Below, piece after piece: positions 10,211 through 19,873 of a stretch of 43,398 nt of DNA. This DNA is from Craspedostauros australis (lineage: Eukaryota). The translations under genes and the position numbers were made by a program. Under the pieces are notes generated by a model. That model worked only from the letters and a program-made list of their open reading frames with translations. It was not told the origin of the DNA and did no database searches. The stretch's first letter is position 1. Every line of letters starts with the position of its first letter. The stretch lies in NCBI GenBank assembly GCA_030167865.1, contig JALAGF010001782.1, positions 1 to 43,398 on the forward strand, in the 5' to 3' direction.

Positions 10211-13129
10211 ATGGCAAGCACTATGGCAAGCACAAGGACGAGGACAAGGACCTGTGGCCAGGCCAGCACTGGAACGAAGCCCATGTCGAGGGTTTCAGCC
10301 AAGGCCGCATCCACAGGCACAATTCAAATTGCAGCCACGTTGGCTGTCTTGCTGATACTTACGCGCACCATCACAGATGCGTCTGCGTTCACCACGTCTA
10401 CTCGTACCGGTGCTGTGACCGTTCAGCCTTTGCGCAATGGCGCCTTCGACTGCCCTGTGGGATCCGCGAGCAGCCATACAAGCACGCATGTGTGCACGAG
10501 CACCAGCATCGACAGAATGCCCCTCGTCGAGCAACCCAAAGCGTGCTCCAGAACTTGCCGTCCATCGCCTCTCCGAATGCAAGTCGGAAACGAAGGACAT
10601 GACGAATCGCCTCGATTCAGCGATTCCATTGATGACGCAACCAACAACAAGCCCAATAGAGAGGCGCAACAGCAATCCAACCAGCCTCATGCCAACGCCC
10701 GCAAGGCGATCGCGAAAATCGTCAAACTGGCGTCCTCCACCTTGATGGCCATCATGTTGGTGTTTGTTGCATCCACGTCGCTGCCAGATTCCTACATCGT
10801 GGCCAACGGTCAGGATGCGAGCATTCCAACCGGAAAACGATACTGGTCCATCCTGCAGGAACCGACCAGCACCCCGGAGCAACGCACGATGGCCAACGAG
10901 GCACTCTTTGACTACGTCATGGGCACCATCAACACCATGTACTACGACAACAGCGGCGGTGCCTACTTTGCTCCAAGGGAATTCTACGCGCGCTGGAGGG
11001 AGTACCGATCTGTGGCGACGCACCAGGAAGACCTTGCGACCATGCTCAAGAACAGCAAGGTCCTGTCGCAGGATGGTCTGCCACAGCGCATGGAGATGGA
11101 AAGTCGGGAAGGTGCCGTGGAGGGATTGAAGTGGCTCGTGTCATCGCTCGGTGATCCCTACTCAAAATACCTCACGCGCGAGGATTTACGCAATGAGCTG
11201 AGCCAGGACGCTGACGGATTCTTGGGGCTGGGAGCCATCGTGCGGGCGCCCAAGGCGCACGATCCCTCCATCATCGCATCGCACTCGCAGATACCGATGG
11301 ATGAACCCAAGTTGTCCAACATCAAAGAGCGAACTGCCAGATCCGTGGCTCCTACGATACCGAAAGCGTCATCATCATTGTCATACTCGCCATCGTCCCC
11401 GTCAGCATCGGCCGCGACGGCATCAAAAGCGAGCAGCATGAACAGAGAACTGCTCTCCACCACAAGAGTCGCCAACTTGCCTGTGATCACGGCCGTCGCG
11501 CCCGAATCCACCGCCGAACGTTCCGGTCTCGTGGTCGGCGATCGCATCGTGGCGGTCGGCAATCACAACTTTCTGGGATTCACACGCAACGAAGTTGCGA
11601 AGACACTGGCAGACAAGTACTCGGCCGAGAATTACTTGGGCCATGCCGACATCACCATTGCCAAGCCTGTCTACGCATCCCGATTTGTGTCGCAGCGCAG
11701 CAGCGCGCCAACGTATGTGGCGTCTGCATCAACAACCACAAGCGTGCGAGTGGAGAGCAACATGGCCGACATGCCATTTTCGATGGTGGATTCGCAGCAA
11801 GAATTCGTGCTGGGCTATCGTCAGACCAGGGTGAGACTACCGACGAAGGCTGCCTCCACCGTTACACCCTACTCGTCGAAGGCCGCTGTGTCAGGTGGCG
11901 ATGCCATCGTGCACTACGAACTCCTCACGTCATCATCTGGTTCCATCTTTGATAGATACAAGGTCTACAACGACCCAATACGCGAATCGGACATGCAGGA
12001 TGACGATTTGCAACAGAAAACTGCATTTCAGCAACCGCGACAACAGCAGCAGGCACAGGGGCAGAAAGAGGAAGACGGCGGCGATAAGATCGGTTACATC
12101 CGCCTCACACGATTCTCCAAAGCGTCCACGCAAGCATTTCTCGACGCCACCAACGTGTTGGACGAGGCGGGTGCCCAATCCTACATCATCGATCTGCGCA
12201 ACAATTACGGCGGCGTCATCCAAGAGGCCATGCTGTTGGCATCCACCATGCTGCGTGACTCCCATTCCATTCTGTGCTATACGCTCAATTCACGCGGTGG
12301 TTTCACGCCCCATGATGTGGAAGAATTCGCAGTCGATCGGCGGTATCCAGGATACCTGTTGTCTTCAGAATCCAAGACGATCACCCTGGATCAGATTCGC
12401 AAGGAGAGTCCGGCAATGTTCGAGGAGAATGGCATCACGTGGACGCCGCCAAGTTCTTTCGCCAGCTTGCATGAGCAAACGATGAAACGCAGCATTCGCA
12501 GCCGCGTCTCGCAAATGTACAGCGGCAACGCAAACCGAGTGGAAGCAGGCTGCAGCGACGAGGACGCGTTGAACATTCGGCGATTCCAGAACTACGAAGG
12601 CCTGGAGCCGGATATTCTGTCGCAATACCGTGCGCAAAAGAACATCGTGCTTCTCGTTAACGAAGGCACGGCGTCAGCTGCGGAGGTCTTCGCATCTGCG
12701 TTGCATGATAACGGCAGAGTGGTCGCGATGGTGGGGAGCAAGACGTACGGGAAGGGCTTGATCCAGCACACCTTCCCATTGCCGGATGGCGGCGGGTTGA
12801 GACTGACGGTTGCCGAGTACCTGACGCCGTCGTTGCGGCATGTGACGAAGGTGGGTGGAGCGCAGTTCGACCGTGACACGGGGACCTTCGTGGGTGGAGG
12901 AATCCGGCCGGACATCGTGTGCGGGAGCAAGCAAGGGATTCCAAGCAACATCGGCGCCGATCTATGCGTTGGCGTTGCGTTAGATGCATTGAACGAGGCT
13001 GTGTATGATCTCGAATCCTTGCCCCAGGGACTGGCCGATGCGAATGTACCCAACTCGAGATCATCCAGCCAGTTGGTGGCATCCAGCTTTCCCACGTTGG
13101 TATCGAAGTGGATGAGCGGTCTGAGGTAG
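10211..13129 (+). CDS. Carboxyl-terminal processing peptidase, family S41 (CtpA-like) with PDZ domain; predicted plastid, possibly thylakoid-lumen, targeted
   Basis: Intronless ORF. The first ATG is 10211 (the track start 10139 is TTG). Motifs: LGDPYSKYL, PDZ-like PESTAERSGLVVGDRIVAV, IGYIRLTRF, IIDLRNNYGG, catalytic Ser in NEGTASAAEVF, catalytic Lys in GSKTYGKGLIQ, LRLTVAEYLTP, GIRPD. Signal peptide ending DASA|F, then a second hydrophobic segment LMAIMLVFVA. Confidence 0.88.
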   Translation: MASTMASTRTRTRTCGQASTGTKPMSRVSAKAASTGTIQIAATLAVLLILTRTITDASAFTTSTRTGAVTVQPLRNGAFDCPVGSASSHTSTHVCTSTSIDRMPLVEQPKACSRTCRPSPLRMQVGNEGHDESPRFSDSIDDATNNKPNREAQQQSNQPHANARKAIAKIVKLASSTLMAIMLVFVASTSLPDSYIVANGQDASIPTGKRYWSILQEPTSTPEQRTMANEALFDYVMGTINTMYYDNSGGAYFAPREFYARWREYRSVATHQEDLATMLKNSKVLSQDGLPQRMEMESREGAVEGLKWLVSSLGDPYSKYLTREDLRNELSQDADGFLGLGAIVRAPKAHDPSIIASHSQIPMDEPKLSNIKERTARSVAPTIPKASSSLSYSPSSPSASAATASKASSMNRELLSTTRVANLPVITAVAPESTAERSGLVVGDRIVAVGNHNFLGFTRNEVAKTLADKYSAENYLGHADITIAKPVYASRFVSQRSSAPTYVASASTTTSVRVESNMADMPFSMVDSQQEFVLGYRQTRVRLPTKAASTVTPYSSKAAVSGGDAIVHYELLTSSSGSIFDRYKVYNDPIRESDMQDDDLQQKTAFQQPRQQQQAQGQKEEDGGDKIGYIRLTRFSKASTQAFLDATNVLDEAGAQSYIIDLRNNYGGVIQEAMLLASTMLRDSHSILCYTLNSRGGFTPHDVEEFAVDRRYPGYLLSSESKTITLDQIRKESPAMFEENGITWTPPSSFASLHEQTMKRSIRSRVSQMYSGNANRVEAGCSDEDALNIRRFQNYEGLEPDILSQYRAQKNIVLLVNEGTASAAEVFASALHDNGRVVAMVGSKTYGKGLIQHTFPLPDGGGLRLTVAEYLTPSLRHVTKVGGAQFDRDTGTFVGGGIRPDIVCGSKQGIPSNIGADLCVGVALDALNEAVYDLESLPQGLADANVPNSRSSSQLVASSFPTLVSKWMSGLR

Positions 13130-13940
13130 TAAATCGCCTGAATTCTATTGAGAAGAAATTGCTGAACTGGCCAGCACTGCACGGTTGCTTGGTCGTGAGA
13201 GTCAAGTGATGTCATTCTTTCTCAGGTGGACATCAGCACATGCGCTGTATACAAGTATTGAGTAAAGTATTGTAGAATACGATGATTGCAAGGGAATGTT
13301 TGGAGAGGGATACAAATTACATACGACTACGAGTAGAGACTTCATGTTGCGCTCACATCCTAAGGGCCATGATATGTGGAGGAGTACCAGTGGTAGCACG
13401 ACACAACAGACCCCAACACTTGCTGCACGAACATGGCCCTGGAGCATTTGCTGGCTCTTCTTTGTGGCACTTGTTGTGGCAACTGAATGTATGGATGAAT
13501 GGGAACGTGGACGAGGGACATGGCAGTAGGCAGCCCCGCTTCAAAAAAAATGGGCAAAGCAAGTCATCCAAAGTCTGAGGAGTATTCGTAGAGTTTTTCT
13601 ATTGGTACAACTGGAGTAGATTGGAGGTAATCATGCAGAGCTGACCAAAGTTCGTTCGGCGGTTGTGTTCCTCTCTGTTCGATTGATGAATGGGGCTACT
13701 CTCTACCACCACAGGATGGACCTTTCTTCATGTAACACCAATGCGATCCGAACCAATTGGTATGTTGCCGGTCGCCAAAGCGAATCGGTATCATCGCACG
13801 GTCGCATCTAGAGTGGGGATTGTCATTGCCGCTCTGACATTGGGTGAAGCAGTTTCGCTCGTCTCACAAATTTGCAAAAGTTCTTCGCGATTGGCTTTGT
13901 GTTCCAAAAAGTGACCAACTTGACGTGGGGACCATCGCAT

Positions 13941-14495
13941 TTACATTTCCCACGTGCGCATGATGGCACCGCGCTTGTTTGGATTGATCTGCACATCTGG
14001 GTTGTACGCCAGGCAGGATGCGCCCACACCGACCACAAGAAAGGCGGCAGACACCATGACTCCCATCAGCGGATAGGTGGATGGATCCGAGAACCAGTTG
14101 CGCTTGAGGGTCTCGGCCTTGTGCTTGTGCAGGAAGGTCGTGCTGGTGGAGGACTGGAATCGTCGTTGTCCCATGCTGCAACGATGAGAAAAGTGAAGAG
14201 AACGCGAAGGCGTATCATGAGGTGAGAGACAAGGCGACCGTGTTGAAGCGTTGCGCAATGTGCGTGCTATCAGCAGAAAACACGCCATCTTCCTCAAAGC
14301 AACAACAACAACAGCAGCAGCAACAACAACAACAACAACAGGACCAGGCGCGAACGAACGGCACTCCATACTATTGCACTCGATTATAATGTAATAGAAT
14401 AAACGGCAGAGAGACATTTCGTTCGCTGGATCTTTCTCTCTCCCGAACAAACGATTGACTCACAGGGCACCGCGTCGGAAGGCTGAGTTGAGCAT
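13941..14495 (-). CDS. B12D / NDUFA4(MLRQ)-like small mitochondrial membrane protein, 88 aa
   Basis: Exon 1 14495..14464 (ATG CTC AAC TCA GCC TTC CGA CGC GGT GCC CT|GTGAGT), intron 14463..14176 ending TTGCAG, exon 2 14175..13941. Product MLNSAFRRGALMGQRRFQSS...NWFSDPSTYPLMGVMVSAAFLVVGVGASCLAYNPDVQINPNKR. The YPL...NPDV pattern around one TM helix fits the B12D family, and the N-terminus is Arg-rich and presequence-like. Confidence 0.8.
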
Positions 14496-15319
14496 GGTGA
14501 GGCTTGACGTAAGTGTTGGTGAATGCGGTGATGAATGCGAGAGCGATTGCGGCGGCAGCTGGAAGTCTTCAAGTACTCTTTTTGTGACCTTCTCGTCTGC
14601 TCTGCGATCATCTCACCAAGGCGGTCTTCCTCTCTTCCTTCATCCCCCTCTTCTTTGTTCCTCCTTGTTGCTATCGCTTCCGGTGCAGTCAGAGATCTGG
14701 TGTTTGTTCTTTGGTACGTTTCCTCGTGTGTTCTCCTTCTGTTCGCTGGAAGAGGATCCATCAAGAGCAGAAAAGAAAAACGATTGTTCGAAAGATACTT
14801 TCGCTCCGCAACGATCGGAAGTCAACGTAGGACACCACGTTTCTCAAATACATTCACATTCGATCGAGGAGGAGATGTCAAGACTGGGCAGTTTTCGGAA
14901 CCACCATCTGTGCAAGAGGCCCATGAAAAAGAGCTCGTACAAGCATCAACCCGTCCCAGCAAAAAGTCGATCTAGTCGATGTAGGGTTCCACGTGGAAGG
15001 CTTCAATGACGATCCACGAACATCTCCGACGAGAATGCGTTGTTGATGTGTCATCTTTTTGTTCCTGTGTCGGAACAGCGCAGTTCTTCTTCGCTCTTGT
15101 GGTTGTCGTGGGTCGTACGCAGCACTCCCTCCAACCGGACTGCGGGAGGCAATGCGTGTTCCCATCGACTCTGTGCGTGCCTCATCCAAACCGAAGCCAA
15201 CAACCACGTTCGATTCTTTCGTTCGTTCGAGAGAGATCATAACCAGAGCAGAGCAGAGCACTCATATTATACAATAGAGCATAGAAACACTTGCGAGACC
15301 TTGGAGCATCGCTGCGACC

Positions 15320-16459
15320 ATGGCATCCAGTGTGACAACGTACCAACCATCGAAGGACGAGACGGTCCGATTCGACCCAACCTCCATCGGTCTGCCGAAG
15401 GGATGGTCGCTGACGGATTGGTCCGATCTGAAGGGATGAGCCTGCAAGATCCCGCAAGACGAGCTGCAGACCATGCTGTCTGATTTGGACCTGGGGGATG
15501 GCAACAACCTCGGGACCGCCGACGGAAGGATCGCGCTGGATTGTTCCGTGCGCGAAACGCGTCAAGGGCACTACGTCATTTCCACCACGGATTTCTTCTT
15601 CCCGCTGGTGGACTCTCCCTACCTGCAGGGCAGGATCGGGGCTGCCAACGTGCTCAGCGATCTCTACGCCGAGGGTGTGGAGCACTGCGACTTCGTTCTC
15701 ATGCTGCTGGCCGCCTGCCGTGACATGCCGGAGGCCGAGCGCACCATCTGTACCAAGCAGATGGTCCGGGGCTTCAAGGATGCCTGCAAGGAAGCGGAGA
15801 CGCCCATCACAGGAGGTCAGACCGTGCTCAACCCATGGCCCATCATTGGAGGAATCGCGACTTCCGTCGTTGCCGAAGGAGGCTTCGTGCCGTCCGACGG
15901 TGCCAAATTGGGCCACGTCGTCGTTCTCACGAAGCCCATCGGGACGCAGATTGCGGTCAATGTGCATCAGTGGAGGAACCAGAACGGCAAGCATTGGAAG
16001 AAGATTGTGGAGAAGAACATCCTCACAGACGAGGAAGCAGATGACATGATGCACTCTGCCGTGTGCAGCATGGCCCGCCTCAACAAGAATGGCGGCAAGT
16101 TGATGATAAAGTACGGATCATCGGCAGCGACGGACGTCACCGGATTCGGTATCTTGGGACACGCGCAAAACTTGGCGGACAATCAGGTGGCCGAGGTCGG
16201 AATCGACCTCCACACGCTCCCATGCATCGCCAAGACCATGGCGGTCAACGAAGAGATTTTCAACTTTCGTCTGGGCGTTGGGTACTCCGCCGAGACGTCC
16301 GGAGGTCTCATGATATGCATGCCGGAAGACAAGGCCAGCGACTACATAAGGGAACTAGAGGCCATGGATGGCACGCCTGGCTGGATCATCGGCAAGGTGG
16401 TGGAAAGCAAGGAAAGGAAGGCTAGGATCATGGACGACTGCAAGATCCTCGAGATCTAA
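15320..16459 (+). CDS. SPS2: Selenophosphate synthetase (selenide, water dikinase), Sec-containing SPS2 type, 379 aa with in-frame UGA at codon 40
   Basis: The frame from ATG 15320 reads ...FDPTSIGLPKGWSLTDWSDLKG-TGA(15437..15439)-ACKIPQDELQTML, matching the eukaryotic SPS2 pattern W-x-LT-x-x-S-x-x-KG-U-x-CK-x-PQ. Downstream motifs: TTDFFFPLVDSPY, ANVLSDLYA, GGQTVLNPW, LTKPIGTQ, ATDVTGFGILGHA, AETSGGL. Stop TAA at 16457..16459. Confidence 0.95.
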
Positions 16460-16921
16460 GCGGTTTGGACGACACCCCATCAAGCGCGCTTGGTTCCAAG
16501 CAAGACGAAGACCGCCTTGGGTTCGACTTCACTGGACACTTTCATTGGCGTTGTGCGCTATCACGATTTCGACCTCACAACCATGGCCATAACAGTCATA
16601 TGCACAAAGATCACAGACACACCATCGCAACAATTCGGCATCGTACCATTCTCCACAAAGAGCACTCAAACCAACACACACGCACTGAACACAAACACAC
16701 CAAAAATCGCGCACATCATCCTCATTGCCGTCCAACGATACTAACAAACGACGACGACGACGACAGCAACAGTCACAATACCAACAAAATATAGTGGGAG
16801 AGGTCGCCTGGCACCATGGAGCGCGAACGCCACAGTTTCCAAAGAACATGCGAAATGCAAACAGAGACAAACATTTGATTGACGAAGCTGGCCGGTTTTA
16901 CATACGTATGGGGAAACAGGA

Positions 16922-17009
16922 CGATGATGTGCTGAATGACGAAGGATGAACCGTGGTCTGGGCTGTACTGCTCCAGACCATCTCATCTTTCCGAACAAGC
17001 ACGTCATCG
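16922..17009 (+). promoter_or_regulatory. SECIS element (type II-like) in the SPS2 3'UTR
   Basis: Helix I: CGATGATGTGCT (16922..16933) with AGCACGTCATCG (16998..17009), 12 bp including one G-U. Core: ATGAC (16936..16940) opposite CGAA (16992..16995), giving tandem G.A/A.G pairs. Helix II: GAAGGATGA (16941..16949) with TCATCTTTC (16983..16991). Apical stem: TGGTCTGG (16954..16961) with CCAGACCA (16973..16980). Confidence 0.85.
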
Positions 17010-17776
17010 GCTGATGTTGACAATCGCCTTTTGAGGAGGGGGCATGCAGCGCATTTCACTGATTTTCTCAGCTCGTCTTTCATGAAATTGCGGTGCGTGC
17101 AGCAAGCCACGTCCTTGCAATCTATTCTCCCAATAGGCCACACGTTGGCTTCATCGCGTTTCCGCTTCCGCTGGTCAGCTTGAATACCATACACAATATA
17201 CACTTTGCTTCGTCGTCTACAACAGAATATTCGTACCATGTTATGAGCTTGGAGTGCAACATCAATACTCTACGGGTAGTCCAGGTCGTACGTGTATACG
17301 TGTATGGGAGCACCAATTGGCAAACGTAGTGTTCCTCCGTTGTCAATTGTCTCCAAACAGGACGTGATGAATTACGAGCACGGCGAACTCTTTCCAACGT
17401 TGTGATGCAGTCCCCTTGTTGTCACGGCGGTGTTGAAACAAGGTCTCTACTCGTACTACTATGGTACGACCACGAGTGAGCACTAATACACTGTTGATGC
17501 CGTGGCATCCCGACAGAGCAGAGTACGAGTATGGCAGATGCATCGAAACAAAGATAGAGTTGGAAAGTATTACACATATTATATGTATTAATACTCATTG
17601 GATTCGCCCGCAACTCACGTCGTCATTGGTTCGGTGAACGAGTGGGAGAGAACGGAAAGATATCTGCCTTACTACGAGTATAGAGGAGAGTATAACTGTA
17701 GCTTGAGAACTGTAGCTTGTGTACTCTACTCTACCACGTTCTCTCTTGCTCTTGCCCTGCAGAGAGGCATTGCGTT

Positions 17777-19285
17777 CTACTCTGTCCATGACACATCTCC
17801 AATTAACAATGTATCCGACGGCAACGACCCCGTGCAGGGACTCAGCACCTCCAGCATGTCAGTATCCATATTGACCTGCTCCACCGAACAGAAACCTGCC
17901 ACGCCCGCCGTGAGCAGATCCCGCGCTCGGTTGCTTTGGCTGTAGGCATGCACGGACGCGGGATGGCAAACGGCAAGCAGTGCGTGCTTCAAGGATTCGT
18001 TGCATTCGACGTACTCCACCTGTATGGCATCCGTCGTCTGCTGCTGCGCCACCGGGAGCAATGATTTGGCAAGCGACATCGACGACAGTCTGAAGATTTT
18101 GATTTTGGAAAATTGGATCTGCAAACGGAACGGCGTGAGCTGGGGGACGAGGTTGGTTCGGTTGGCTGAAGCGCTGCCGGGCGCTTCCGATGATCTACCA
18201 GGTTGCAGGGCAGACGACGCCAGCGAAGAGACGCCCTTCTTCGATGGGTCCACCAAGTCCCCATAGAAGTACCGTTTGATCGCTCGAGACCTGCAATACC
18301 GTATGAAATCGTCGGAGCGTTTGACAACACCTCCTGACGGTTGTATGTTGAGGACCTTGAGCTCTTCGACGAACGTCGGCTTGTTCTTCTTGAAATGCCT
18401 CGTCATCTTGCTGTAGAGCTTCTCCTGACCCATGATGAGAACGATGTTGATCTTCAAGGACTCGATCGCGCTAAGCATGGGATCGTATCCATCGCGCTCG
18501 ATCCAACCGTTCGTGTTGACGACGATCCCCGAAGACCGCGCCAGGTCGTCCGCTTCCAGGCGCTTGTCAATCTTTCCCGCCAGCGCCGCCACCTGGGCCT
18601 TGAACAGATCAGCATGCAGCTTCGATGAGGAGCCATGCCACAGCACCAACGGCGTCATGGGCGTGCTCGGTGGTACGCCGGTCGTCGCGTACGTTTCCAC
18701 AGTGACGGCACCAGCCGTCATCGGCGCAACAGCAAGCGTGCCGGGGACGCTGATGGAATTGTCCATGGGGTCGAGGTCCACCCAAAGTGGCGATCTTCCC
18801 ACCTTGCAGGCATACGCGACCAGAGTTTTGGCGAGGCTCGTCTTGCCGCTCTCAGATGGACCAACGACCATGACTCGTGGACCCTGCAGCGCAGATGCCT
18901 CAACAGGAGCCCCAGTCGCAGCCGACGAAGCTGCGGCCGCCGCTTCATCCCGCATCGATTCCAGCTGCGCGTGAGTGTTGACGTAGCTGACGTTGGGATC
19001 CGTCTCCGTGCTGTCGTACACATCGATGCCGGGCGAGTCCACATCTATCACGCAACCATGCCATGTGAACAGAGCTAGCTTGACGGCACCGTCCGAGATC
19101 GTGTACTCCTTCTTCTCCGCCAACTCGCATCCCCACAGTTCGCAGCTCCCCTTCTGAAGGATGAATCGGCAGCTCTCGACGGACGATGCCAAGTGCGGCA
19201 CTTCAAACCGAAGCTCAGTCTGCGGTTCCAGCTCGAAGCGTTCGCCGATAGCCGGCGGCAGGTCGCTTGTGTCAATTTGCACCAT
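17777..19285 (-). CDS. CLP1: Clp1 polyribonucleotide 5'-hydroxyl kinase / mRNA cleavage factor subunit, 502 aa
   Basis: Intronless ORF. Motifs: ELRFEV, GSCELWGCELA, ALFTWHGC, YVNTHAQLESMR, GPRVMVVGPSESGKT (P-loop), VDLDPMDNSISVPGTL, GIVVNTNGWI, SGGVVKR, IKRYFYG, and C-terminal VAGF...VLSPCTGSLP. Confidence 0.93.
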   Translation of the reverse strand: MVQIDTSDLPPAIGERFELEPQTELRFEVPHLASSVESCRFILQKGSCELWGCELAEKKEYTISDGAVKLALFTWHGCVIDVDSPGIDVYDSTETDPNVSYVNTHAQLESMRDEAAAAASSAATGAPVEASALQGPRVMVVGPSESGKTSLAKTLVAYACKVGRSPLWVDLDPMDNSISVPGTLAVAPMTAGAVTVETYATTGVPPSTPMTPLVLWHGSSSKLHADLFKAQVAALAGKIDKRLEADDLARSSGIVVNTNGWIERDGYDPMLSAIESLKINIVLIMGQEKLYSKMTRHFKKNKPTFVEELKVLNIQPSGGVVKRSDDFIRYCRSRAIKRYFYGDLVDPSKKGVSSLASSALQPGRSSEAPGSASANRTNLVPQLTPFRLQIQFSKIKIFRLSSMSLAKSLLPVAQQQTTDAIQVEYVECNESLKHALLAVCHPASVHAYSQSNRARDLLTAGVAGFCSVEQVNMDTDMLEVLSPCTGSLPSDTLLIGDVSWTE

Positions 19286-19873
19286 CGAAGCTGAGCGATG
19301 CGATTGCGATTGCGTTTGTTGTGGATAGCTGATGTCTGCAATCTGCGCTTGCTCTCTTCCAACTGTTGCCCTGCGCTCTGTTCAATCCAATTATGCGCTC
19401 TCGCTCTCCCAGTCTCTCTCTCCGTCTGCCTGTCTTGTGCACAATGCGAGGGTGCGGAGATCCTCATTTTGTGTTTGGTTTTGTGGATGGTCTCAAACGG
19501 GATTGCCTCGTTACGACTGCTGTCGCAGTTGTTGTTGTCTTGAGCCATCCAGTTTCGTCATGGTCGCCGTTTGAGCCGAATGAGTCGGAACAGCCTCTCT
19601 TGTTTTGTCTCGTTGGCGATCCAGCGTGGAGTCCAACAAGTCATTGGCATCGCTCTGACATACGGACAGACAGGATCTCGCGCCAAATCCAACCAAACCA
19701 GAACATCAAAAATTGTGCGCAGAACGAAAAGGCATCCGCGAAAAGAACACATCATCTGCTGCTTCGTGATGGCTCTTCTTTGTTGGCATAAAACAGGAAC
19801 GAGGAGAAGAGGCACCATGCCATCTCGTCATAGTCATACCATGACAACACGGCATCCAACTACGAGTAGAAAC

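Noticed and set aside
15440-15470. Stem-loop right after the Sec UGA (CTGCA...TGCAG) as a Sec redefinition element
   Set aside because: Only about 5 contiguous pairs in GC-rich coding sequence; not supportable without covariation data.
16460-16545. Hairpin just after the SPS2 stop and GGTTCGACT as a tRNA T-loop (possible tRNA-Sec) or second SECIS
   Set aside because: The bases flanking TTCGACT do not form a T-stem, there is no cloverleaf, and there is no AUGA/GA core in register.
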